From Geopsychrobacteraceae bacterium (GTDB taxonomy: Bacteria > Desulfobacterota > Desulfuromonadia > Desulfuromonadales > Geopsychrobacteraceae): a stretch of DNA of 64,000 bases. Under the pieces are notes generated by a model, which had not been told where the DNA came from, ran no database searches, and saw only the letters and a program-made list of their open reading frames with translations. The position numbers and the translations under genes were made by a program. The stretch spans positions 2,048,001-2,112,000 of the forward strand of contig OY759353.1 of assembly GCA_963662315.1 (NCBI GenBank), written 5' to 3'. Positions 52,398 through 60,676 of the stretch are shown one piece after another (within the stretch, counting starts at the first letter, position 1; every line of letters begins with the position of its first letter).

Positions 52398-52967
52398 TTA
52401 GCTGTGATTTTCAAAGACCCTTCCCATTTCAAAATCAATGTACCTATGTAGACGAACCTCTTTCCCATTTTTCATTTTCACACGGCATGTGCATAGGAAT
52501 GGACCATATGCAGATGTTGAAATACCAATAAGCCCGTTTTTCTCAGTTTCTTTATAGACCTTATTGCCCCAGTAAGAACCAAGAAAGAACTCTGCATATT
52601 CAATATCACTAAATAGTTCTGATTTGTGCCTGACCAAATAGATAAAAATATCAAAATCGTGGCCGCGCTTATTTGATGGCTCTATGACGTGAGCTAGGAA
52701 CAAGCCATTGTTTGAATTGTATAAACCGTCACGCTCTTTTGACCAATCATCTTCTTGTTGTGAAGGGGCTTTACTAGGCGTGACTTTCTCAAGTGCCTTC
52801 AAATCTTGGCCTAGTTCAACAGGACCGGCTTTGAATGAGCTCCCTGATGCAACTCGTTGCTTAATGGCCTCAAACAAGCCCGATAACTGAGACGCAAACT
52901 TGCGCACGAAATAGACGATTAAGCCGATCCAGGCCAGTGTTTGCAGTAAAGGCACCCAATCTTTCAT
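52398..52967 (-). CDS. Cassette ORF: N-terminal membrane helix plus prokaryotic YEATS-like domain
   Basis: DIFIYL...AEFFLGSYWGNK...GISTSAYGPFLCTCRV...LHRYIDFE; GGAGG RBS; cassette opens GTTAGCT (52987-52993) and closes AGCTAAT (52397-52403). Confidence 0.75.
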   Translation of the reverse strand: MKDWVPLLQTLAWIGLIVYFVRKFASQLSGLFEAIKQRVASGSSFKAGPVELGQDLKALEKVTPSKAPSQQEDDWSKERDGLYNSNNGLFLAHVIEPSNKRGHDFDIFIYLVRHKSELFSDIEYAEFFLGSYWGNKVYKETEKNGLIGISTSAYGPFLCTCRVKMKNGKEVRLHRYIDFEMGRVFENHS

Positions 52968-52993
52968 TTAGCCTCCGTTTTCAAACAGCTAAC

Positions 52994-53140
52994 GAGTCTG
53001 TAGGAAAACCTCCCTGAGAAAAAGGACAATTAAAAGTAGCTTTCATATTTCCCCTCAGATCGATTTTCTCGTTTAAGTTAATGGTTTTGCAGCCCTTAAA
53101 ATACATGTATTTTTCAATTCCTGATGTTGTCTACAGCCTC
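52994..53140. mobile_element. 147-bp MITE-like insertion
   Basis: Terminal inverted repeats GAGTCTGTAG / CTACAGCCTC; AAC duplicated at 52991-52993 and 53141-53143. Confidence 0.65.
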
Positions 53141-53225
53141 AACGGTGAAATAACCGGTGGCCGACGCCGTTACAGCCAAGTAGCTCTCTTGCGAATTTCG
53201 GCTACCGTTGTCCCATCCGGTTGAT
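53141..53225 (-). other. Central part of a disrupted attC site
   Basis: AACCGGTGG...CCATCCGGTT imperfect palindrome; rejoins AGCTAAC when the MITE is removed. Confidence 0.7.
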
Positions 53226-54870
53226 CTACTATTATCCTTATCACATCAACAAAGAGGACTCCTCCCTGTCATAATCACTGTAATTCGGACAGTGAACCTA
53301 CGAGCGTGATCCGGACAGATCCGCCAATTTTTTGCCTGATCAAGGAGGAGCCCACATGAAGAATATCATAAAGACTGCTCAAGAAAATCATTCTGTTGCG
53401 ATTCTGGCCTTCGATGTCAGTAAAAAGACTCTCAACATGGCAACGAAAATTACTGGGCGATTAACCGACCATGAGTTTCGTAACTCAACACCGGATATTG
53501 AAAAAGAGCTTATCGCCTGGAAGCACCGTGCTCACATGGCTGGTTCCTCACAACTTTGTGTTGTCTGTGAACCAACGGGCTGTTATCACACGACCTTGCT
53601 GGCGACAGCGCACCGACTGGGCTTATAAACCGCCTGGGTATCCGGCGAAACCGTATTTAAAATGCGGGCTATCGAAACCAATGATTCCGGTAAAACGGAT
53701 CTCAAAGACCCGCATGTCATTCATACCCTGGCAAGCATGGGTAAAACGCTCATCTGTCGCCATTATGAGGAGACCTATGCCTTGCTGAGGCAATGGCATG
53801 TTCTCTATGAGCAAACAGATGTCGAGTGCGTACGGGCGAAATGCCTGCTTTCTACTCAACTAAAAGTCCTGTTTCCCGATTACGACTTCCAAAAGGACTT
53901 CCTCTACACCCGTTCAGGTACAGCACTGGTTGATCTTTATGGTATGAACCCGTTGCGCATCGTTGCCGAGAGCAAAGAATGCTTTTGCCAGCGGATGAAA
54001 CAGGTTGTACCTCGTATTCACCGTAGCACTCTGGACAGGCTCTACAGCCAGGTCCAGAGTTCAATCAGAAATCAAAGCAATACGCGACTGGTTGAGATTC
54101 AACAATGGCGCTTCCGACAATTATGGGACGATTGTCAGCGGCATCAGCAGCGTAAAGACGGAGCGAAACAGCATATGGAAGCTCTCTACGTGGAGCTGTG
54201 CCAGTTTGATCCCCAGTTGCCACAACAGCAGCCCGAGGTCATTACGACTTTCCATTTGGCACGCATCGTGGCCGAAACTGGCCCGGTCAGTGACTTTGAT
54301 ACTCTACGCAAATTCATGCGCTATGCCGGTTTGAATTTACGTGAGAAGCAAAGCGGAACCTATCGCGGTAAAAACAAGCTGAGTAAAAAGGGACGCAGCC
54401 TGTTACGTAAGGTTCTCAGTTTGATTGTCCTTCCTCTTGTGAAGAAGAAAGGACTTTACGGGCCGTACTACCACAACAAAAAAGCTCACGGTATGTCAGG
54501 AACCAAGGCCATGACCGCCGTGATGCGGAAATTCTTAAAGTTATTCTATGGGTGGTACAAGTCGGGTGGTCATTTTGACCGCGATCGTGTTTTTGCCTGC
54601 GAAAGTCAGTACCAATGTGCCGCTTAGTACGGATCTATTAAACGAGAGTATTTCGTAATCCTTTTCGCATCAAGATGATCGCAATTTAATTGTCACTGCC
54701 AAGCAGATGATCAGGTTAATCGTCACCGTCACTTGATGCGAACCCGTTTAAAACATGGCCAATAAGGTAGACCCGCTCTCAGATTGAAGAGCCCAAGAGA
54801 CATTATCGCCAGTTTTAAACACACATAACTCTTTTGAGGGAGAATTATGTCTTCTGCTGTGAAAGATCAC
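53226..54870 (+). mobile_element. IS110-family element inserted in attC
   Basis: Contains a DEDD transposase; TTGAT at both flanks (53221-53225, 54871-54875); exact ends uncertain by a few bp. Confidence 0.75.
53356..54627 (+). pseudogene. IS110 transposase with in-frame stop
   Basis: AFDVSK, CEPTG, KTDLKD, AETG, QSGT; the two ORFs share a frame and are separated by TAA at 53626-53628. Confidence 0.88.
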
Positions 54871-54888
54871 TTGATTTGTCTAAAGACA

Positions 54889-55281
54889 TTATTTTGTTGT
54901 GCCTTGTTCCTTAGAAATAACAAGTGCCCGAATCTCATTTTCAGCATTTTGACCCAACCCATACTTCCAAGAGGAAAACGGATTCATAATTATTGCTACC
55001 CATCCCATCATAGATGTTACTTTTACTTCCCCGATTTCTGTGGAATCAAATGAAACGGAGTAGCGTTCAACGCAATGTGTTGGAATGATGCCTAGAGTCA
55101 TAATCGTAAGCATTGGCTCAAAACAATTGGCACCTTGGGGAATTTTAGTTCTTATCCTTTCAACAGTTATCGTTTCATGATTGCTAGGTAAAGTGCCGAG
55201 TGGTTCCAAAGGAACTACCTTGTATGTAGCGCACCCCGTAATAAAGAGGACCAGTGAAAAAGACAGTAATATTTTGTACAT
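54889..55281 (-). CDS. Cassette ORF: lipoprotein of unknown function (130 aa)
   Basis: MYKILLSFSLVLFITG-C lipobox; CFEPM..IMTLGIIPTHC. Confidence 0.78.
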   Translation of the reverse strand: MYKILLSFSLVLFITGCATYKVVPLEPLGTLPSNHETITVERIRTKIPQGANCFEPMLTIMTLGIIPTHCVERYSVSFDSTEIGEVKVTSMMGWVAIIMNPFSSWKYGLGQNAENEIRALVISKEQGTTK

Positions 55282-55308
55282 ATGATTCCTATGTCGATAT
55301 TCTCTGCA

Positions 55309-55386
55309 GCACAACGCCCGGCTCACGCGCCGGTTTGGTGCCGCGAAGCGGCGGAAAATCGGTCGCCGTACAGCCGACTGTTAGCT
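55309..55386 (-). other. attC site (78 bp)
   Basis: R'' AGCTAAC at the stop codon, palindromic body, R' GTTGTGC. Confidence 0.88.
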
Positions 55387-56444
55387 TAGAAGTTATCTAT
55401 AATGTGCTGAGCTAGTTTATCGTACTCATCTGCCATTTCGCCCATTAAGGTAATTTGATTATGAGCCCATTGCCCTCTGCCTCGAAGTGCATTTGTTGGC
55501 CGAAACTCCGACAAATAGCGGATAGGTACATTTTGGATAATGCTATCAGGGGCCATGACATTGAGATCTTCAATGCCGGCAACGGGTTCAATGTCAACAA
55601 AGTCTGGAACAGCGTCGTACGCATTAATATTTCCTAGTTGAGGAATCATATCATCCCGAATTGATTGGCTAATTGATCGATGGTGCTCGGCATCAGCACC
55701 AACCTCTCGCTTAACACCGTCCCGCCGTCTTGTGTCAAAGCCATTAAAAATCCAACCACCAAACTTGGGCACACCCTTTTGACTAATTACTGTATCACGA
55801 GGATTTCCCTCTAAATATCTTTCTTTACCCTGCTCCCAATCTCGAATAAATGAAGGCAGCATCTCGCCAATAAGCCCCACACAATATGCCGAAAAAAGAT
55901 CCGGGGTGCACGGTACTAAAAAGTAATCTGAACAATAGAGAGCCGAGCGAACTAATGTATTGAATGATGGAGGAAGATCGATTAGCACATATTCATATTC
56001 CACATCGTTATTTTTGGCCGCCTCTTGAGCAATTAGTGATGGCAGTATGAAACGATATAAACCAGAACCGCTAATAACATCTGTACCAACATTCAATATA
56101 TCGGAAAATGTGTTTAACCAAAAATCACCGGGGGCAAGATGAAGCAAACCATTTCTGGGTTCTGTCTTAGGTGAAAAAGTATAAACCTCGCCCATTCGAT
56201 TTTGCTGAATATATGGCAAAGCGAACGCCTTTATTGTCTTTCCAAAGGGGTGGTCATCAGTTGATTCTAAGAGTTCAGAAAACTCCTGATCACCCAAACA
56301 AGCGATTGACAGATTGCACTGTGGGTCAAAATCTATCAACAGTACATTGTGATTCTTATCTGCAAGAGCTACGGCTAGGTTCCAGGTGATGGAGGTTTTT
56401 CCGACTCCACCTTTATTGTTAAATACGGACACTGTTTTTGTCAT
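55386..56444 (-). CDS. Cassette ORF: ParA/AAA_31-family ATPase
   Basis: FNNKGGVGKT deviant Walker A, IDFDPQCN, IDLPPS; no parB. Confidence 0.88.
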   Translation of the reverse strand: MTKTVSVFNNKGGVGKTSITWNLAVALADKNHNVLLIDFDPQCNLSIACLGDQEFSELLESTDDHPFGKTIKAFALPYIQQNRMGEVYTFSPKTEPRNGLLHLAPGDFWLNTFSDILNVGTDVISGSGLYRFILPSLIAQEAAKNNDVEYEYVLIDLPPSFNTLVRSALYCSDYFLVPCTPDLFSAYCVGLIGEMLPSFIRDWEQGKERYLEGNPRDTVISQKGVPKFGGWIFNGFDTRRRDGVKREVGADAEHHRSISQSIRDDMIPQLGNINAYDAVPDFVDIEPVAGIEDLNVMAPDSIIQNVPIRYLSEFRPTNALRGRGQWAHNQITLMGEMADEYDKLAQHIIDNF

Positions 56445-56475
56445 TCATCTACCCTTTCTAAATTTGTAGAACCGA

Positions 56476-56568
56476 AGCTAACGCCAGCCATAACCGGCAG
56501 CAAAAAGCTGCATAGCGAGGAACGAGCGACGCAGCTTTTTGATATCCGAGTTTATGACATTGTTATGC
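56476..56568 (-). other. attC site (93 bp)
   Basis: R'' GCATAAC, stem CAAAAAGCTGC/GCAGCTTTTTG, R' GTTAGCT. Confidence 0.9.
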
Positions 56569-56569
56569 A

Positions 56570-57886
56570 TTACTTCGCCCTATTTTCAAGTGAGTTCTCA
56601 ACTTGACTAGAGACAAACAGCCGCTTGGGTGTACGCTCGAAGAAGCGCATGTGATAAGTTGAAGAGCCCTTAGGCCTAACTCGTACCCACTGATCACTCA
56701 ACTCTGAATCATCAAAAAGCGCTGGAAAATTTGGATTAATTTCAGTTGCATCTATGTTGATATCTGATTCTGTAATTTCCTGCAGCTTGTAGCCATTAGA
56801 ATAGATATGAATCGCTTTAATTTTCTCGGCGAAGGATCGGTTAACAAATGGAAGAAACATGGTATCGTCAAGATCTCTGATGCTAATTACAGGAAAAAAG
56901 CGAATAAAGTTACATTTGCTGTAACTGATTGGCATGAACTCAACTTCATCCCTTCCTATAGAAGAGCCCGAACCAACTTGATTCCATTTTTCAGTTTCTT
57001 CGTCATGTTCGCTTGATTCATTATCGTTATCTTTAAAATTTATGTACTGCTCCCACTGACCGCTTCCAATACCGTATTTTATCCCTGATTGTTGTGAGCT
57101 AAAATCTGTATCAATGTCATTTCTCATGCGATTAGACTTATCAGATGCCCCGAACAACACTGATAATATTTTGTGCTTCGGCTCTTTTAGAGTGAGATAA
57201 CAAAATGCCCTGAAATGTCCAATTTCATCTCCAGAGTATTTTTTCTTTAGCTCAAACGAAATGGTTAAGCTTGTAATAGGATCGCTGGACTCCTGTAAAA
57301 ACAATACTCGATTTAAAGTGCCCTCGATCTTTTGAAAGCCGGATGAAATGACAGATTGAATATCATCACCCCAGCGCGAGAAAAAGCTAGCTTGCTCTTC
57401 TTCGGAAAGATGTATATTTAAATATTGAAACCTAATAGAGAAGCCATCAGGACTATCCAGAGCTATTCGCAGGCGTTCACGATCAAAAATATCGCAATTT
57501 AAGATCCCTTCTTTTTTTGCCTGTGTGATCAGCGAGTCTTTTTCACCAATCGTTAAATTGATGTTTGTAAAAAAGACAAACGCCTTCAATTTGGGTTCTG
57601 CGGAAATTGCACTCTCAAGATCATCAGAGAACTTGTTCTTTATTTTCTTTTTTTGTTCTTCTGAATCATTTGCTTGATTTACGAAGCCAACGGCACCAAA
57701 AGCAGTTAGCTCGTCTCGAAAAATTGCTTGAATATCCCGCCCACCGTCTGGGCCGCCACGCGGATGCCTAGGCCTGACGTCCGTAAATCTCTTGTCTGTT
57801 GCAAGAACTGCTCTACACATCTGCTCTCTATGGAGCTGATTTGTATCCAAATAGCTCTTGAGCTTTTCATCCGTTTGATAGGGCAA
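56570..57886 (-). CDS. Cassette ORF: N-terminal restriction-endonuclease-like domain plus unknown C-terminal domain
   Basis: EQMC...GGPDGGRDI...FVFFTN...IFDRERL pattern of Mrr-like REase folds; start uncertain (TTG). Confidence 0.6.
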   Translation of the reverse strand: MPYQTDEKLKSYLDTNQLHREQMCRAVLATDKRFTDVRPRHPRGGPDGGRDIQAIFRDELTAFGAVGFVNQANDSEEQKKKIKNKFSDDLESAISAEPKLKAFVFFTNINLTIGEKDSLITQAKKEGILNCDIFDRERLRIALDSPDGFSIRFQYLNIHLSEEEQASFFSRWGDDIQSVISSGFQKIEGTLNRVLFLQESSDPITSLTISFELKKKYSGDEIGHFRAFCYLTLKEPKHKILSVLFGASDKSNRMRNDIDTDFSSQQSGIKYGIGSGQWEQYINFKDNDNESSEHDEETEKWNQVGSGSSIGRDEVEFMPISYSKCNFIRFFPVISIRDLDDTMFLPFVNRSFAEKIKAIHIYSNGYKLQEITESDINIDATEINPNFPALFDDSELSDQWVRVRPKGSSTYHMRFFERTPKRLFVSSQVENSLENRAK

Positions 57887-58219
57887 ATTGTTTCTCCGTG
57901 CTTTTTACTGCATAACGAATTAAGGGTTTTTGCGACGCGCAGCCGTCGTAAAAACGCCTGTTGGACTAAACCCCTCCGTTTAGATGACCTATGGATTTTT
58001 AAAGAGATGTCGGTGGGGAATAAAGGGTAAGCCTAGCGGGAATAAGGCTGTTTAGCAATGGATATTGCGACAAACGGTGGCATTTCGAGTGGAAAATTTT
58101 CCCTGAAGCCCCTGGGTCACAGTGCATGAGTGTGTTTTTTCGCGTTTCAGACGCACCTCGCCGCCTCCCTCGTCTCCCGCCTGTCGTTGCCTGATCGATT
58201 CTACCGTCATATTTGATCC

Positions 58220-59320
58220 TTATCCCGGCGGGCCGCGATTGGCGCGGGGAATCCAGCTGATAATCAGCATCAGGCCTTCCGCGCATTTAGGACAGGCTGA
58301 TGGATGCGGTCCGCCACCTGTTTCGGCTGTTTTAGTTTCCGTTTCTATCTGTCGGCTTTCTTCCTGAAGAGACAGTCCCCATTGCACATGTCGCAGCCGG
58401 GTTTTGTTGCGCGGACTAAACAGTCCGTAGTAACGCACCTTGTGAAAGCCTCGCGGGAGCACATGCTGAAGGAAACGACGCAGGAATTCTTCACCGGGCA
58501 GGGAAATTCTTTTCCAGTGGTTGTCTCGTGAATCCTTGTATGTGAAGGAGACCTGTTCCTTATTGACGCCAAGGATATGACTGTTGCCAATGGCGATACG
58601 ATGAACATAGCGTCCCAGATAGTCGAGCAGATTCTTGCTTCCCTGAACGGCGGGTTTGCAGTAAACCACCCAGCTCTTCTTCCAGACGGATTCAGGAAAG
58701 GGTTCGTCGGGGCAGGCGGTACGCGCCAGAGCCATGAATCTGGCGCGAAACAGTTGTGAGAGGGCCGCGACCGGAATCAGATATTTCTTCCGGGCTGAGC
58801 ACCAGTCTCCGTTGTTCGTCAGGCCGCCACCGGTGACCAGGCAATGGACATGGGGGTGATAGTGCAGTTGCCGGGTCCAGGTGTGCAACACCGCGAGGCT
58901 GCCGATCTCGCCGCCAACATAACGCGGGTCTGAGCACAAGGTGTGCAGGGCTTCCGCCGCAGCCTTAAAAAGAACGGCGTAAAGCGCTTTCTGTTGGCGG
59001 CGAACGATAGGTTGCAGTTCTTCCGGCAGGGTAAATACGACATGAAAATAGGGAATTGGCAACAGCTCCATCTGGCGTTTGTCCAGCCAGCGGCGACGGT
59101 CGCCGGTGTGACACTGCGGGCAGCTGCGATTGTGGCAGGAATGGTAGGTATAACGCTGGTGTCCGCAATGATCACACTGCGCCAGGTGACCGCCGAAAAC
59201 TTCCGTGCGGCAGGCACCGATATCACTCAGGGCGCGTAGATGGCTCGGCGGCATCCGCTTGCCATACTGGGCGCAATAGTCTGGGCCGAAGGTGCGGACG
59301 ATCTTCGCCAGATCCGCCAA
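58220..59320 (-). CDS. IS91-family HUH (Y2) transposase
   Basis: Zn finger CDHCG...SCHNRSCPQC, HVVFTLP, HPHVH, YLGRY, VRYYG. Confidence 0.95.
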   Translation of the reverse strand: MADLAKIVRTFGPDYCAQYGKRMPPSHLRALSDIGACRTEVFGGHLAQCDHCGHQRYTYHSCHNRSCPQCHTGDRRRWLDKRQMELLPIPYFHVVFTLPEELQPIVRRQQKALYAVLFKAAAEALHTLCSDPRYVGGEIGSLAVLHTWTRQLHYHPHVHCLVTGGGLTNNGDWCSARKKYLIPVAALSQLFRARFMALARTACPDEPFPESVWKKSWVVYCKPAVQGSKNLLDYLGRYVHRIAIGNSHILGVNKEQVSFTYKDSRDNHWKRISLPGEEFLRRFLQHVLPRGFHKVRYYGLFSPRNKTRLRHVQWGLSLQEESRQIETETKTAETGGGPHPSACPKCAEGLMLIISWIPRANRGPPG

Positions 59321-59333
59321 CAGGCGAATCTGG

Positions 59334-60179
59334 CTAAAGATCGTTCATCAGCTCGTCAAGAGATCCACTCAGGCGCTTCAACACTGCTTTCGTGACATGG
59401 GTGTAGATGGTGGTGGTTTTGGGCGAGGAATGCCCCAGCAACAACTGGATTACCCGCAGATCGACACCCTGCTCCAGCAGATGAGTAGCGTAACTGTGGC
59501 GCAGGGTACGGACTGATGCCTGTTTCTTCACGTCGCTAAACTCCAGAGCCAGCTTGAAGGATTTCTGCGGCAATGACGGGCTGACTGGGCCCTGTCCATC
59601 CGACGAAGGAAACAGCCAAGGTCCCGACAACTTCTGTTCTCTCCAGTATCGCCGCAATTTCTCCAATATTCCGTGAGGTAAAGGAACGGAGCGGTCTTTT
59701 CCGCCTTTGCTGTCGCGCACCCAGAGCAATAGGCGCTCGCTATCGATATCCTTGACGCGCGCGTTCAGCCCCTCAGACAGGCGCAGACCACAGGCGTAGA
59801 TCAGCGTCAGCAGCATGTGAGCTTTCGGGTTCCGGACCAAACTCAGAATAGTCCGCACTTCGGCGACGGAGAGCACATCCGGCAGCTTAAGACGTTTGCG
59901 CGGTTTGACCAGATCGAGTACCGGCAATTCTCGCCCCAAAGTTTTTTCGTAGAAGAATTTGACGCCGGACAGATATTGCCTGACGGTGCTGCTTGAGGCT
60001 TGTCTGTCATTGATCAGATAGAGAAAATAACGCCGGATGTCTTCGTCATCCAGCAGATCCGGCGAGCGCTTATAATATCGCGCCAGCAAACTGACCGCCG
60101 CGATATAACTCTCTTGCGTCCGTTTAGCGTAACCGTGAAGTTGCAAATCCTGAATCATTCTGCGTCTAAGTTCCGTCAT
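59334..60179 (-). CDS. Tyrosine recombinase with N-terminal SAM-like domain
   Basis: YACGLRLSE, KGGKDR, LRHSYATHLL, LLGH, IYTHV; AGGAGG RBS. Confidence 0.93.
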   Translation of the reverse strand: MTELRRRMIQDLQLHGYAKRTQESYIAAVSLLARYYKRSPDLLDDEDIRRYFLYLINDRQASSSTVRQYLSGVKFFYEKTLGRELPVLDLVKPRKRLKLPDVLSVAEVRTILSLVRNPKAHMLLTLIYACGLRLSEGLNARVKDIDSERLLLWVRDSKGGKDRSVPLPHGILEKLRRYWREQKLSGPWLFPSSDGQGPVSPSLPQKSFKLALEFSDVKKQASVRTLRHSYATHLLEQGVDLRVIQLLLGHSSPKTTTIYTHVTKAVLKRLSGSLDELMNDL

Positions 60180-60309
60180 GACATCCTCCTTGGGTGAGGA
60201 GTGATCTCATAACGGTAGCAACATAAACAGGATGAATAAGAATAAGAAAAGACAGCCGAACAGCTGCCTTTTAAGATACCGCGTAGCGGTTTAGTTCAAC
60301 TACAATGAG

Positions 60310-60465
60310 GAGGTCTGTATAAACCTGTAAATAAAGACACAAACCTGCCTGCCTATATCATTATTAGATTTTTATCAAATTTTCTAAGTATTCACCATAC
60401 CTGATTTTATTCAGTGTAGTGTGGATTTTTTATCAAAGTTAGACAGATCTGCCTATACAGGCTTC
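60310..60465. mobile_element. Second MITE-like segment
   Basis: GAGGTCTGTATA ... TATACAGGCTTC (10/12 inverted match), AT-rich interior. Confidence 0.45.
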
Positions 60466-60676
60466 AAGCGACCAGTGGAAGGCGAATTTCAAAACTTAGA
60501 CCTTATATTTGATAATCGCCGGACGCCGGTGAAAACCTCCCCTTTTCAAAAAAATCCTGTTTGTTGAACAAAGCATCTTCTGCTTTGCTATAATTTTTCA
60601 GAGTCTGTTAAACGGGACCTTACCGATCAATTAAAACAAACTGCGTAAATCCTTTGCCCCCTTTAGGAGATCCTTA

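Larger units (their letters stand above)
57917..60300 (-). mobile_element. Two-gene element: tyrosine recombinase plus IS91-family transposase
   Basis: Begins GTTGAAC and is followed by GTTATGC; 16/19 inverted repeat at 57960-57978 and 60282-60300. Confidence 0.8.

Noticed and set aside
57910..57966. Canonical attC site
   Set aside because: R''- and R'-like ends are present, but the spacers are asymmetric (4 vs 9 nt) and there are no clear L boxes; treated as an element end
59334..60179. Calling the recombinase an integron integrase (intI)
   Set aside because: Too short, lacks the IntI-specific insertion, is co-oriented with the cassettes and is coupled to an IS91 transposase
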